DNA of 64,000 nucleotides from Methylococcales bacterium (GTDB lineage Bacteria > Pseudomonadota > Gammaproteobacteria > JABHGC01), in the NCBI GenBank assembly GCA_018672285.1, contig JABHGC010000225.1:7153-71152 (forward strand), given 5' to 3'. The position numbers were made by a program, and so were the translations under genes. A model generated the notes under the pieces. That model was not told the DNA's origin. It did no database searches and saw only the letters and a program-made list of their open reading frames with translations. How positions within the stretch are numbered: the first letter of the stretch is position 1; each line of letters starts with the position of its first letter. Positions 1 to 15,200 of this stretch are shown here, piece after piece.

Positions 1-229
1 TTTGGGTTTGGTTTGCATTCCCTTCTAACCATGGAATCATCTTCGCCAAATACACAGGCTCACCACCGAGGACTAAACAGCGTAATGAGGCCAATTGTGC
101 CATTTCTGCTGTCGTCACAATGTGCTCATCGACCATTGAGTAAAAACTGCTCGGTGTAATATTTAAAATCGTGACATTGTGTTGGCTGATAAGTTGCAAC
201 ACACTCTTCGCTTTCGCAATTTCTTGTAA
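1..229 (-). other. Mid-A-domain sequence (post-A4, pre-A5) following the A10 motif directly with no T domain; continues off-window
   Basis: Translated ...SKEKHSLQEIAKAKSVLQLISQHNVTILNITPSSFYSMVDEHIVTTAEMAQLASLRCLVLGGEPVYLAKMIPWLEGN, which has the shape of the A4-to-A5 region (...ITVLNxTPS...LRxLxxGGE...) and not that of a PCP. Confidence 0.5.
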
Positions 230-3200
230 TGAGTGTTTCTCTTTAGACTGCTCACCAGGTTTTGGTAATGCTTTAAAATCGACTTTACCATTGGCCGTTA
301 AAGGCAATGACTCCATAACGACAAAGGCAGAAGGCACCATATAGCTCGGTAATTGTTGCTCTGATATCGCCCGTAAGTCTTCTACGCGCACCACAGAATC
401 ACTGACCAAATACACCACTAAACGTTGATCACCCTCGACATCTTCACGAATGATCGCCACATTCTCTCGAATACCAGGGTATAGCCCAACCACACTCTCA
501 ATTTCACCCAGCTCGATTCTAAAACCACGTAATTGCACTTGTGAGTCAATCCGGCGGATGTACTCCAGCTCACCACTTTCTAAGATTCTGGCCAAATCAC
601 CCGAGCGGTATAATTTACCGTCTGCAAAAGGATGCTCAATGAAACGTTCAGCCGTCAGCTCTGGTCTTTCTAAATAACCATCAGATAAACCCGCACCCGC
701 GATACACAGCTCACCAGGCACCCCTTCAGGCACAGGGTTAAGATTTTCATCTAGCACATACAACTGCAGATCAGGAATTGGCAGTCCAATGATACTGTTC
801 ATCCCCTGGCCTCTAACGGCAGAGCTCACATCATCAATTTTAATGCGGCGATAGGTCACATGAACGGTCGTCTCAGTAATACCATACATGTTCACCAATT
901 CAGGGCTGGCATCACCATGGCGTTTCACCCACGGCGCTAAATTACGTAAATCTAGTGCTTCACCACCGAAAATAACCTGACGTAATTGCAGTTGTTGGGC
1001 AATATCCGGGTTGATATTCAAGTGATATTCTTCAGCACGAATCAACTGATAAAATGCTGACGGGGTCTGGTTTAAAACAGTGACCTTCTGGTCTATCAAC
1101 ATCTGGTAGAACACATTCGGTTCGCGAGCGGTTAAATAAGGCACAACCACAATTGAGCCACCGTAGAATAATGCGCCCCATATTTCCCAAACAGAAAAAT
1201 CAAACGCATAAGAGTGGAACAAGGTCCAAACGTCATGTTCATCAAACTTGAACCATGCTTGAGTTGCAGCCATGAGCCTGACCACATTCTGATGATTAAT
1301 CATCACCCCCTTCGGTTTTCCAGTCGAACCTGAGGTATAGATGACATACGCTAAGTGTTCAGGTTTAACCGCAATATTCAGGTTCTCTTTGTCATATTCT
1401 AATAGTGCTTCCCGCTCTTGGTCTAAAACAAAAACCGAATCAATGCCGCCTTGAATTTGAGCGGCCAAGTTTGAATGTGTGATCAATAATACGGCAGCGG
1501 CATCTTTAACAATAAAGGAGACTCGGTCTTGTGGGGCACCAGGGTCTAATGGCAGGTATGCGGCCCCTGCTTTTAACACCGCCAAAATACACACAACCAT
1601 ATCCACGGAACGGTCTAAATAAAGCGCAACCAGTTGATTGCAGCTCACCCCTTCATTAACCAAATACCGAGCCAACTGATTTGCGCGCTCATTCAAGTCA
1701 TAATACGTAATATGGTTGTGCTCATACCTAACGGCAACATGGCTTGGGAAAGCCTCAGCGGCAGCTTCAAACTGGCTCGCTAGAGTAGCAACTGACTCAA
1801 ATTTCTGCTGCTTAGACACAAGATTCAAGTAATCATCAAGCTGTAACGCCGACATTAAACGAAGTTGGCCTAATTGTTTGCCCCCTTGAATAATTTGTTC
1901 AGAGAGTGCCACCACTTGTTCTAAGAATTGAAATTGCGAGAAGACCCTTGGGTGGTAATGTAAATTCAAGGTGAGCGATGACTCATCTTTCTCGATATAC
2001 AGTAAAACCTGATCTTCATCGGCTAATGTTTGCTGAGTTGAAACAACCCCCGCATCAAAAAACTCATAGTCATTTGACACACTTAAAAAGTGATAGTGGA
2101 AGGTTAATCGACCACTTTGCAACACACTACTTTGCAAGAACTCAAGTAAAGGTTCATTCGAGACAATATCGTGACGATAACGGGCAAAATACTGAAGCAA
2201 CTCTAAAACACCCGATTGCTGACCCAGCTTTTCAACCGGTACTAAGGTTGGCAAACAATCCCGGTTGTTACTAGAAGATGAAACAACCCCTAAAGCCCTT
2301 GCATCTAACTGCTCATGAATCACAAAATCTGCTTCTGGCCGGCAATATTGGCTGATCAGATACGCATAAATACTCTTAAAGTAATCATCTGGAAAAAGGT
2401 CATTTAAGCTACAAAATTCTTTAATGTCTAGTGCATGCTCAGCGCTAACCGCTACTTGGTGCTGCTGACGATAGTTACGCTCTGCGGTAAGTGCAGGGTA
2501 ATCCAACACATCCAATTGATTGATACGTTCTTGCCAATGCTTAAACACACCGGCACACTCATCACTTGGGCATAAATCATCACCATTACCCAGCAGAACC
2601 AAGTTTGCACCAACAGAGAACGTCGCAAAGAAGTTCTTCTGGCTTAAATCAAAGCAAAATGAACTTGCTAATAGCACATGATCATCGGCATTTAAATCAC
2701 ACGTTTTGGTATACCAATGAATCAAATTCGACAAGCTACGATGCGTGACTTCCACCATCTTAGGCTTACCAGTACTGCCTGAGGTATAAATAATATACGC
2801 AGGCTGACTTGCTCCGACTTGGCTCACTAAGTTAACCGAAGGCTCAATGGAAATGCCCATCCAATCGGTATCGACACATAACAGTCTGCAAGGCAAACTC
2901 ATGGGAATGTTATCCAGCTGCGACTCTTGGGTCAGCAATATGGCAGACTCGCTGTCTCCAATAATGTAACCAATCCGTTTTTCAGGATACGTGGGATCAA
3001 CAGGGACGTAAGCGGCTCCCGCCTTCAATACAGCATAAATGGAGATCACCATTTCTAATGAAGGTGACATGCAGATCGCCACATTAGAACCCCCATTAAC
3101 ACCCAGTCGTTGTAAATGATGCGCTAACTGGTTTGCCCGGCTATTCAGCTCGGTATAGGTCAATGATTGATTATTCAACGTCACTGCAGGTGAATAAGGG

Positions 3201-6200
3201 GATGCAAACACCTGTTTTTCTAGCATTTGGTGAACAGCAAAATGGCTTGGATAAACCACTTCTGTTTCGTTCCACTGATCAACCATTAAGGTCCACTCTG
3301 TCTCACTTAACATCGGTAAAGTAGAAACAGGCTGCTCAGGATCGGCGACCATGCCAGACAATAAATTATGATAATGACCAACCATATTCTCGATGCTGGA
3401 TTGATCAAATAAATCGGTATTATATTCCCAATGGAACACTAAGCCATCTGGCGTTTCATTGATCATGATGGTCAAATAAAATTTGGCCGTTTTAGTATCC
3501 GCTTCAATTGGTGAAAAGGTAAAATCACCCTGCTCCATATTCATCTCAGGCATGTTTTGTAACACTAACATCACTTGAAATAACGGAGACACATTCTGCC
3601 GACGTTCGGGCTGAATGTCGTCCACGAGTTTTTCAAAGGGGGCATCTTGATGGGCAAATGCATCTAGCGTTACTTCCCGAGCATTACGTAACAACTCTGA
3701 GAACCCAGGATTACCCGTTAAGTCACCACGGAGTACAACGGTATTCACAAACATACCAATCAATGCTTCGGTATCGGTCTGTCGACCCGCAACCGGTGTA
3801 CCAATACAAATATCTTTTTGACCCGAGTATCGTGACAACAACACTTGCAGCGATGACAATAAGGTCATAAACAGCGTTGCACCTTCATTCTGGCCAATCG
3901 TTTTCAGTTTATTCACCAAGCTTAATTCCACTTTATCGTGGCATGTTTGGCCTCGATAACGCATCACTTGTTGCCTAGGACGATCTGTTGGTAAATCTAA
4001 TATCTCAGCATCAGCAAGCTGCTCAGACCAATACGATAACTGTTGCTCAAGCACGTCACCGACCAGCCAGTTCTTTTGCCAATATGCATAATCACCATAT
4101 TGAATGGATAACGGTGGCATAGAGGTTTCATGGTTGTGAATCACCGCTTGGTAAAAATACCCAAGCTCTTTAATAAACACATGGCTGGACCAACCATCTG
4201 AGATAATGTGGTGCATATTGATGATCAACACATGCACATCATCATCCGTCTCCACTAAGGTGACGTTAAATAATGGCAACTGAGTTAAGTCAAAGGGCTT
4301 TTCAACCTCATGCCTAACCAGCTCTTCAATGGTTTTATCGGAGCTAATATCTTTGGTGATGACAGTTAATGGCACCGACATCTCGGCGTGAATTTTTTGT
4401 ACTGGCGGCTGGTTAGGCTCAACAGAAAACGTCGTTCGCAATATTTCATGACGCATGATAATGGCAGCAATCGCGTGTTCAAAGGCCTCTCTTTGCAAAA
4501 CGCCTTCCACTTTAACAGCAGCAGGCACGCTATAAGCGACATTTCCAGGTTCTAATTGATCTAAGAACCACAAACGCTCTTGTGCAAATGACAGCGGGAT
4601 CGCTACATCACGAGAAACGGCGGTAATTGCTGGTGCTTGTAAGGTTTTTTCTGTTCTCAAAACCACATCAATTGCTTGGGCAAATCCGCCGGCTGTTTCA
4701 GACTCAAACAACGTTCTTAATGGAATTTGAACTTGATATTGTTTAGATAATTTTGACACCACTTGGGTTGCCATCAATGAATGGCCACCTAAAACAAAGA
4801 AGTGATCATTGACACCGACTCGCTCAATGTTCAACGCTTCAGCCCACACATCACACACTGTTTGTTCAATACTGTTGCGTGGTGCGACATAAATCGCATC
4901 CCGATCAAGACCGGGTTCTGGTAACGCTTTACGGTCTACTTTCCCGTGTGCATTAAGTGGCATATCTGAGAGCGCCACATACTGCATAGGCACCATATAA
5001 TCAGGCAATACTTTAAGCAGAGACTGACGCGCTTGTGCCGGATCAAAGTCATCGGAAACCACATACGCCACAAGCTGATCGTGTTTGACTAAGACCGTGG
5101 TATCCGCCACGCTTTCCAGCTGACTTAGTGCCACTTCAATTTCACCAAGCTCGATACGCAAACCACGCAACTTCACCTGGAAATCGAGCCTGCCCATATA
5201 TTCTATAGTGCCATCCGCTAACCTGCGACCTAAGTCACCGGTTCGGTAAGCACGGATACTTGGCGCAAATGGTAAACTGATAAAGCTCTGTTCAGTCAGC
5301 TCTGGTTGCCCCATGTAACCGGCACCCACACAAACACCTGCGATGACGATCTCACCACAGACCCCATCAGGCACTAATTGTTGCTCTGCATTCAAGACAT
5401 ATAACGACACATTGGCAATGGCACTACCGATAGGCGGTGATGCCTGCTCATACGCTTGCGGTGCTGTAACCGTGAATGCAGCAACAACATCGGTACACTC
5501 TGTTGGGCCATAACTATTCACAATTTGAGCGACACAGCCTTCTTGTTGTAACCAACTCAACAACCGAGGCATTTGGATCGCTTCACCACCAAGCACGGCA
5601 TAACGTAGACTGGATAACTTCTCTGAATATGTTTCAGCTAACGGATACAACATACTCGGCGCACAGTTAACCGACTGAACTTGGTGTTGCAGAATCAAAT
5701 CTGCAACAAGCTCTGGCTCATAATGGGACAGCTCAGGTAATACCAAGCTACCACCGTGGCAAAGGTTAGCGAATATATTTTTCTGCGTTAAATCGAAACC
5801 AATCGAACTAATCAAGATAGAGCGGCTACTGCCATTCATATCCAAGGCATCGGCATACCAGGCAATTAAGTTAGAAAAGCTGTGTTGATACACACTGGCA
5901 CCTTTCGGCTTCCCTGTAGAACCTGATGTATAAATCGCATAGATCAACGCATTCTTCTGTGCAGAATCCACAACCACAGGTTCCGTGGTATTTACCGCTG
6001 CCTCTTCGACAATGATGACCTGTTGATCTGCAAAAGAGATGTCTTTAGCAATACGGGCTTGCGTTAACACAATCGAGACATTGGCATCGGCCAAAATATA
6101 GGACAAACGCTCTTCTGGGTAGTCAGGGTCTAATGGGATATAAGCGGCTCCAACTCTCAGGGTGGCAAAGATGCTAGCAATCATATCAACCGACCGGTGA

Positions 6201-9200
6201 CAACACACACCAATCCACTCTGGCGTGCTGTCTAATGCCATAATCGTATGAGCAATTTCATTCATACGATCATTTAATACTTGGTAACTCACCTGCTCAT
6301 TACCGGCAATGAGGGCCACTGCATTCGGAGACCGTTTCACATGCGCTAAGAATTGGTCATCTACCGATTCATATTCATCTAATTGACTAACCACTTGCTG
6401 AGAAGCAATTTGTGCTTGTGCCAACTCTGATTCTGTTAACCAGTTTAGTGCCGACACTTGTTCGGTGCCGCTTACAATTTGTTGGGCAACAAACTTAATC
6501 CGCTCTAGTAAATCTAATTGTTCAAAATGATCCGAGAATGACAATAAATTCAATTGCCAACCTGCATCCATAACCTTCACAATCATTTGTACTTGGTCTT
6601 CAGCAACAGGGGGAGAGTACTGTTGCAGTGCCTGATCCTGACCTAAGAAAGGCATTGTTGCTGCAAAATGGTAAAAGTTATAAAGAAAGGTCGTTCGAGC
6701 AGCAGGCAATAGCTGTTGCTGTACCATGACGGACAGATGACCGCGCTTTTTATCCATTTTTTGTAGCTGACGAACTTGATCAAATAATTCCGTTAAATTT
6801 AAGCTGCCATCAAACATGGCTTTGCTAAACAACACAGGCATTTGCTGATAATAACAACCCGCAGTCGCTAAGTGACCACGAGGCCTTCCAGAAAGCACTT
6901 CTGTGATGACAAAATCGTCTTCACTCCGACAAAAAACGGCCAGTGACAGTGCATACAATGATCGGAAGAACATGGTTGGTGTCATTCTGTTTTTACGACA
7001 AAATCGCTTAATGTCTTTAAATAAAGCACCTTCAATAACCAGATCAGATGCTTGATACTCCGATACAGCCGTACTGGTTGGAAAATCTAAGCGCTCTATC
7101 GTTTGTTTCTGCTGCTGCCAAAAATCGATGGCTTGAATTTTATCCACATCGTCGGCCGCAACGGTTACATAATCAAAGAAAGAGGTTGCTGACAACGGTA
7201 ATTCACAGCCCTCAGACAACGCCGTGTATTGAGCACAAATTTCTGAACAGACATGGGTCATGCCCACACCATCTAGAATAATATGTTGTGCCGCTTGCAA
7301 TAAATAATACTCATCGTCCCCTATTGCGATCACATAAAACTTAATCAGTGTCTCTTTATCAAGCTCATAAGCACGATAAGTAAATGCCTCAATCATTTTA
7401 TTGGCTTGAGCGTGTGAAGCATCACCTGCCGGTAACTCAATCACCTCAAACTCAATAGAGCGTTGCTTAGGAATACATTGATAAACAGGCTCAGCATAAG
7501 GCTGATCACAGCGTAGCAAGCGTGCACTTAAAATAGGATTATTATCCACTACCATCTGGCAAGCGCGTTGCCACACACTGGCACTAAATTCACCCTGTAA
7601 TTTCACCGCAAGACCAAGGCAGTTACGCGTGGTCTCTGGATTCACAACCGTATGAATATACAGATCCCGCTGTGTTGGCGTCAGCGGATAAACACCCAAA
7701 TAATCTTCTTGATTAAGACCAAGCACTTCATGTAAGGAGTGTTCGTTCAGCAAAGAAATTGTATTCAGAGGTTGCTCAATATTACCGACCATTTGCTCTA
7801 ATACAAACTGATAGTGCTGCATCATCACTTCAATGGTTTCAACATCGAATAAATCCGTATTAAATTCAACCAAAGCATTAAGCTGTTCACCATACTCAGA
7901 TACAGATAAAATCATATCGAACTTGGCTGTAGCCAACTCACTTTCTACCATCTCAAAAGACAACCCAGCCAGTTCAAACTCGGTATCCACAGAAGTTTCT
8001 AACGTGAAGCCCACTTGTGCTAATGGCGGGTATGACATTGAACGATCTTTGACCAAATCGTTCATAATCATCTCAATAGGGATATCTTGATGACCGTAAG
8101 CGGCCAGTGCACGCGTCCGAACAAGTTGTAAAAATTCAGATAAGGTTGGGTTGCCTGCCAAATCTGCTCGCATCAACACCACATTCACAAACATACCGAT
8201 CAATGGCTCTAATGATGCATGACTACGACCTGCAACCGGGGAGCCAACCACAACCGTCTCTTGACCTGCATATCGGCTCAATAAGATCTGATATGCCGCC
8301 AATAGATACATATACAGGGTGACACCATTGTCTTGTGCGTTTGCTTTAACCTGCTGTGAAAGTTCATCAGGCAACTGCAACCGATAACGCCGACCAATAT
8401 AGGTTTGAATATCGGGTCTTGGCCGATCAGTTGGTAAGGTCAGCTTCTCTGGTGCCCCGTCTAAAGTCTCTCGCCAAAACTGCAACATACCCGCAAGTAC
8501 ATCATCACTTAACCAGTCTCGTTGCCATATTGCATAGTCAACATACTGTACGGACAACTCAGGCAACATCGGTGATTGTTGCTGTGAATACGCTTGGTAA
8601 GCATGGCTGACCTCTTGAACCAAAACATTCACCGACCAACCATCAGACACAATGTGGTGCATGGTCAACATAACCACGTGCTCTTGTTCTGACAGCATCA
8701 CCAGTTTTGCCCGTAACAATGGGCCTTTGGTCAAATCAAAACTTAAAGCGGCATATTGCTCAGTAATGTTTTTAAGTTGTTGCTCTTTTAAATAGTCAGG
8801 CTGATCGGAGATATCTTCAACCGGAATGGTTTGAGACTTATAGTCATCAATGATTTGCACGGATTGGCTGTCAACCGTCGCAAAACGCGTTCTCAACGCA
8901 TCATGGCGTTTAATGACAAAATTGACTGATTTTTCTAACGAGACAATGTCTAACTTACCCGTTAAGCGGATGGCAGCAGGCATATTATAAACCGCATTAC
9001 CCGGCTGTAGCTGGTCTAAGAACAAAAGTCGTTCTTGAGCAAATGACAGCGGTATATTACTCGGTAATGTTTGCCTTTCAAGTACAGGCATGGGTACTTG
9101 GTCTACTTTTGCCAAAGCCAAATCAAGCTCATGCGCCAACTGTTGGATGGTTGGTTTTTCAAACACTTGGCGAACACTGAGTTCGACATTAAATCGCTCA

Positions 9201-12200
9201 CGTAATAATGCAATCATCCGTGTCACTAATAATGAATGCCCTCCAAGCTGGAAGAAATCATCGTTAACGCCAATCCGCTCATGTTTTAACAATTCACCCC
9301 ACAGGCTCGCGAGCAATTGCTCTGAATGGCTTTGAGGCGCAACAAAATTGTGCGCTTGTACTAGCGCTGATGGGTTGGGTAGTTTTGACCGATCTACTTT
9401 TCCATTCGGCGTTAATGGAAACTGTTCCAACGCAACACAATGGCTTGGCACCATATAATCAGGCAGTTGCTTGGCAACACTCAGATTAATCTCGTTCTCT
9501 TCTGCCGTGCCCACGGTATAAGCAATAATTTGCTCATCCCTAATCAGCACCAAACATTCACTCACACCCTCAATTTGGCCAATAACGGATTCAATTTCAC
9601 CTAATTCAATACGCAAACCACGCAGCTTAACTTGATGATCTGCCCGACCAACAAACAACATCTCCCCACGTTGGTTTTGTAGTACCCGGTCACCTGTTTT
9701 ATACATCTTACCGTGGCCGGTAATGTGGTTCTCAATGAAGCTTTCAGCAGTGGCAGCAGCATCCCCTAAATAACCACGCCCAACACCGAGACCTGCAATC
9801 ACCAACTCACCCACAACACCCATGGGTACAGGATTTAAATATTGATCCAACACATACAACTGAACATTATCATTGGGCAAACCAATTGGGATCGGCCCGG
9901 TTGCTGCCAACTCGTTGTCAGTCAACACATAAAATGCTGCGATATCCGTACACTCGGTCGGACCATAGGTATTCACGAGGGATACGGATTGCTGTGCTAA
10001 CCAAGGCTTAAGTTGGTTTAGCTGAATAGACTCCCCCCCTAAAAAGACCGTTTTCACAGTGGCCATTCGAGGCCAATACATTGGCTCGACGAGGGGGTAA
10101 AAAGCACTTGGCGCACTATTAATTCGTGTGACGCTATGCAATTCAATGGCTTGAGTGATTTGCTCTGGGTCGTAGAACTCTGTATCCGTAAAGCAAACAC
10201 AACCGCCACACCACAGTAACGCAAACAAGTTCTTTTGAGTTAAATCAAAACCAAGCGCACTGATGATTAACGTACTGTCGGTATCGGTAAAGGCAAACTC
10301 ATGACAATACCAGTGTAATAAATTCACAGCGCCCGCATGCTCTACACCAACCCCTTTTGGCTTGCCAGTAGAACCTGAGGTAAAGATCTGATAAATCAAT
10401 TCAGACCCGGTAAACACCAAATTGGGGTTCTCAACAGAGAACTCGGCAATATCGGTTAAACCATCTATTGCTAACCAAGCAGTTGTTTTATCCAGCTTAT
10501 CAATAACAGATTGGTCACTTAATACTGTTTTTATCGCCGCATTATCTAAAATATACTCAATTCGGGATTGTGGATAATTAGGGTCAATCGGCACATAACA
10601 ACCACCTGCTTTTAATACCGCCAATATCGCAACCAACACATTGGTTGAAGGAGGCAGACAAATGGCCACCGCTTGCTCAGGGTTTAATCCGTCCTTAATG
10701 AGCTTATGCGCTAATTGATTGGCACGCTCATTAAGCTGTTGATAGCTCAGTTTCGTATTCTGATAAGCGGTTGCAATATGATCAGGTGTTTTTTCGACTT
10801 GCTGCTCAAAACCTTGGTGCACTGCTGTGTAGGGTGCATCGGGTTGCTTTTCAGTCGCATTGTAGTCTGTGGTTAATGCCGCTAAAGCCGACTCACTGAG
10901 CATGTTGATTTGGCCAATAGAACCTGCTGCGTTATCCACCATCGCCTGCACTATATTTTGCAAGTGTTCAACCATATTGACAATGGTCGATGCCGCAAAT
11001 AAATCAGTGTTGTACTGTAAACTCCCCGTGATCTGGTCATCACTTTCAACAAGATTCAAGACCAACTCAAACTTAGCAATTCCCATGTCTAAGTCATACG
11101 GTTCTACCACAATATTCGGTAACTCAACGCGTTCATCACCTAAATTTTGCATTGAAAACATCACTTGGAAGACCGGCGACCGCGCCATATTACGTGGCAC
11201 ATTTAACACATCGACTAATTTATCAAACGGTAAATCCTGGTACTGGTAAGCGTCTACTGAGTCCTGTTTTAACTGCTGTAGTAATTCGCTAACACTGGGG
11301 TTAGCCGTAAAATCCGCACTGATCGCTTGAGTATTAACAAAGAAACCGATTAAAGGTGCCACTTCAGGATAATGCCGACCCGCTATGGGTGTGCCAACAG
11401 CAAATTGGTCTTGGTCGCTATATCGATGCAATAAAATTTGGAATGCGGCCATTAAGGTAATAAACAGCGTGCAGTCGTTATCCACAGCCAATTGTTTTAG
11501 CCCAGCGGATAATGATTCTGGCAGTACAATCGCTTGCTCAGCCCCATTAAACGTTTGATTAACTGGTCTTGGGAAATCAGTATTCAGTTCTAGCGCAGGC
11601 ACATCGGCGAGCTTTTGCGTCCAATATTGTATCTGCTCAGCAAGCACCTCCCCTTGTAACCACGCTCGTTGCCAATGTGCAAAATCTTTAAATTGGATAT
11701 CTAATGCGGGTGGCACACTTGGTATGCCTTGTACATCTGCACTGTAATACTCTATCAATTCTCTAACGAGCACACCAACAGACCAACCATCTGACACACT
11801 GTGATGCATGGTAACTAGTAATAAGACTTCATCCTCACCTGAACAGACAAAAGCACGAATCAAAGGCCCTTGTGTGAGTGAGAACGGTTTACTCGCTGCA
11901 GAGATGACCTGAGACTGATAGAACTGAGCGGCATCACCTTCCACATTCACACTAACAAAAGGAATATCTAGCGTTGTTTGTACCCGCTGAATCGGCACCC
12001 CATCCAGTGTGGTAAACGTGGTACGTAACACGTCATGACGAGCCACAATTGTATTTAATGCCCGCTCAATGGCCGCAATATTGACATCCCCTTTGAGCAT
12101 GACGGCAGCGGGAATATTATAAGCTGAGCTATTGGGCTCTAATTGATCAATAAACCACAATCGCTCTTGAGAGAAAGATAGTGGCGCATCCACCCCTTCA

Positions 12201-15200
12201 GCTAACGGTACAATTTCAGGTATATCTTGAGTATCGTTTTGATATTTGGCCACCGCTAATGCTAAAGCTTTAACCGTGGTCGACTCGAATAAGACTTTAA
12301 GTGGTATATCTACTTTGAACTGCGTTCTAATGGAAGCGATCAGTTGCGTCGCCAATAATGAATGGCCACCTAACGCAAAGAAATTATCTTCAATGCCCAC
12401 TTTACTGACCGATAATAACTGCGACCACATTTGACACAACTGAGCTTGCAGCTCATTTTCGGCCGCTACATATTGATCATGACTGGCTGAATCTGGTTTT
12501 GGTAATGCTTTTCGATCCACTTTACCATTACCCGTAAGCGGTAAAACAGGCAGTTGTAAAATGGATGAAGGCACCATATACGCAGGTAACTTATCGCCTG
12601 CAATGGTTTTTATTTGTTCAATATCCGCATCATGATTGGCAACCAAATAAGCGGTTAACCGTTGATCACCCGGAATATCCTCTCGGACAATAACGACAAC
12701 TTCTTCAACGCCTGCAATCTCAGCAATAACAGATTCAATTTCACCTAACTCTATCCGGAAACCACGAATCTTGACTTGAGAATCTATTCGACCTAAATAC
12801 TCAATACCACCATCTGGTAAATGCCTCGCTAAATCACCCGAACGATATAATTTACCGTCAGTAAACGGGTTCTCAACAAATTTCTCAGCGGTAAGCTCAG
12901 GGCGGTATAAATAGCCCCGTGCCAGACCTGCCCCGCCAACACACAACTCACCAGGAATGCCGATAGGCACTAATTGCAAATCACTATTGACGATATACAC
13001 TTGTAAATCAGGAATTGGCACCCCAATAATACTGCTGACAGCAGCCCCTTGTTTTGCCAGCGCCACATCTTCTGCGGTAACAACACGATAGGTCACATGT
13101 ACAGTAGTTTCAGTAATACCATACATATTCACTAAGGTTGGGAACTGATCACCATGCACATCAAACCAGCTGTCAAGCTGTTTAAAGTCCAGCGCTTCAC
13201 CACCGAAGATAACATAGCGTAAAGCCACCGCGTTCTCAGTATCACAATTGCTCAGCAGGTGCTGCTCAGCTCGGATTAGTTGGTAAAATGCTGATGGAGT
13301 CTGGTTGAGCACGGTGACTTTTTTATCCACCAATAACTGATAAAATGCCTCCGGCTCACGACTAATAAGGTAAGGCACCACAACCACTTCACCGCCATAG
13401 AATAAGCCACCCCATATTTCCCAAACTGAAAAATCAAACGCATACGAATGGAACAACGTCCATACGTCAGTCTCATCAAACTCATACCACTCATGCGTCG
13501 CATCCATTAAGCGAACAGCTTGTTGGTGCTCAATTTGAACACCTTTCGGTTTGCCAGTGGAGCCTGAGGTGTAAATCACATACGCGAGGTGTTCTGGTTG
13601 AATTAACAGATAGAGCGGTTCTGTTGATAACCCGCTTAAACGGTCGTCATCTAGCAACACAGTGTCCACTGATGATGCCAGCTGATCTTGTAAATCTTGC
13701 TCAGTAATCACGAATACGGCTTTCGCATCTTCAACAATAAATGCAATTCGATCATTAGGCGCACTAGGGTCTAATGGCAAGTAGCCTGCACCTGATTTGA
13801 GCACCGCTAAAATGGCAACAACAATATTGATAGAACGATTACAATACAAGCCGATCAAAACATCATTTGTTGCCCCTTTTTCAACCAATAGGCGAGCGAG
13901 TTGATTTGACTGTTGCTCCAGCTCGGCATACGTTAATTGGCCATATTCATCACTAACCGCAATGTTACCTGGGAAACGCTTGACACTAGATTCAAACCGA
14001 TCCACCAGTGTATCTGCCGTCGGATATGCTTGGTATGGGTATAAATGATTGATTTGATCACTTTGTTCTTGAAGTGTAATCCAAGGTAAATCATGTAACC
14101 TTTCCGCACCATCTAAACAGCGTTCTGTCAAAAGCACCAGGCGATCTAGCAAGCCTAAGTCATTAAAGTAATCACTATGGTAATGCAGGTTGAGTACCAC
14201 ATCGTCATAACCGGCATTAATGACGAGATGCACTTGGTCATCAAAAAATAACGGAATTTGTTGTTCTAATTCTGTTTTTTGACCTAAGAAATCTAACTCT
14301 GCTGCAAACCCATACAGGTTGAAGAAGAAATTAATTTTATCCGATGGCATGAGCTGGCGTTGTTCAAATACAGAGAAATTTTTATGCTCGCCCAAGGCCC
14401 GCTGATAGCCTCGTATAAAAGTGAAATAATCGGTTAGTAAAGTCTCACTATTGACTAAGTCTTTCGGAATAATAATCGGGGTTTGCTGATAATAACAGCC
14501 TATCCCTTTGAGGTGCTCTTTAACCCGGCCACCGACAATTTCATAAAAGCCGTAGTCTGAATCGGGTAAGCAGTATTCTTTTAATAATAAAGCATAGAGA
14601 GACTTCAATAATAACGATGGGGTTAACCGGTTTCGGCGACAATACTTCTTAATCGCAGCCCATTTTTCTTTATCAATAGAGGCTTGTACATGCACTTTTT
14701 CATGCTGGGTATTCGGCAACCATTGAAACGATAATGGCTCCACGCTGGCCGATTTTTCGCGCCAGTAGGTTTTTGTGTCCTGCAAATCAAAACTTTCAAT
14801 ATTATTTTTGACATAGCTTGGGAAAACATTCGGCAGTGGCTCATAGTCTTCATTAGCGAGCAAGCTACTCATGACCTTATTCAGCTCTAGCGCATGCAAC
14901 GTACCTGAGGTGCCATCCATTAATAAATGGTGTGATGAAATCACAAAGACATAATGCTCTTGGCTGATTTTAAGTAAGGCATTTCTATGCAGTGGGTCAA
15001 CATCAATGGCATACGGCTGATACACAAATTGATGAATCATATCGTCAACTTGCTTAGAGGTTAATCGGTCTTCTAAGTAGTCTATATAGGTAAAATCGAC
15101 TTCGTAGTCTTTTTTGTGCGCTTGATATACCGGTGCTAAATACGGTTTATTCACAGCATGTAACGTTGTTCTCAAGACTGGATGTGCATCGGCTAATTTT

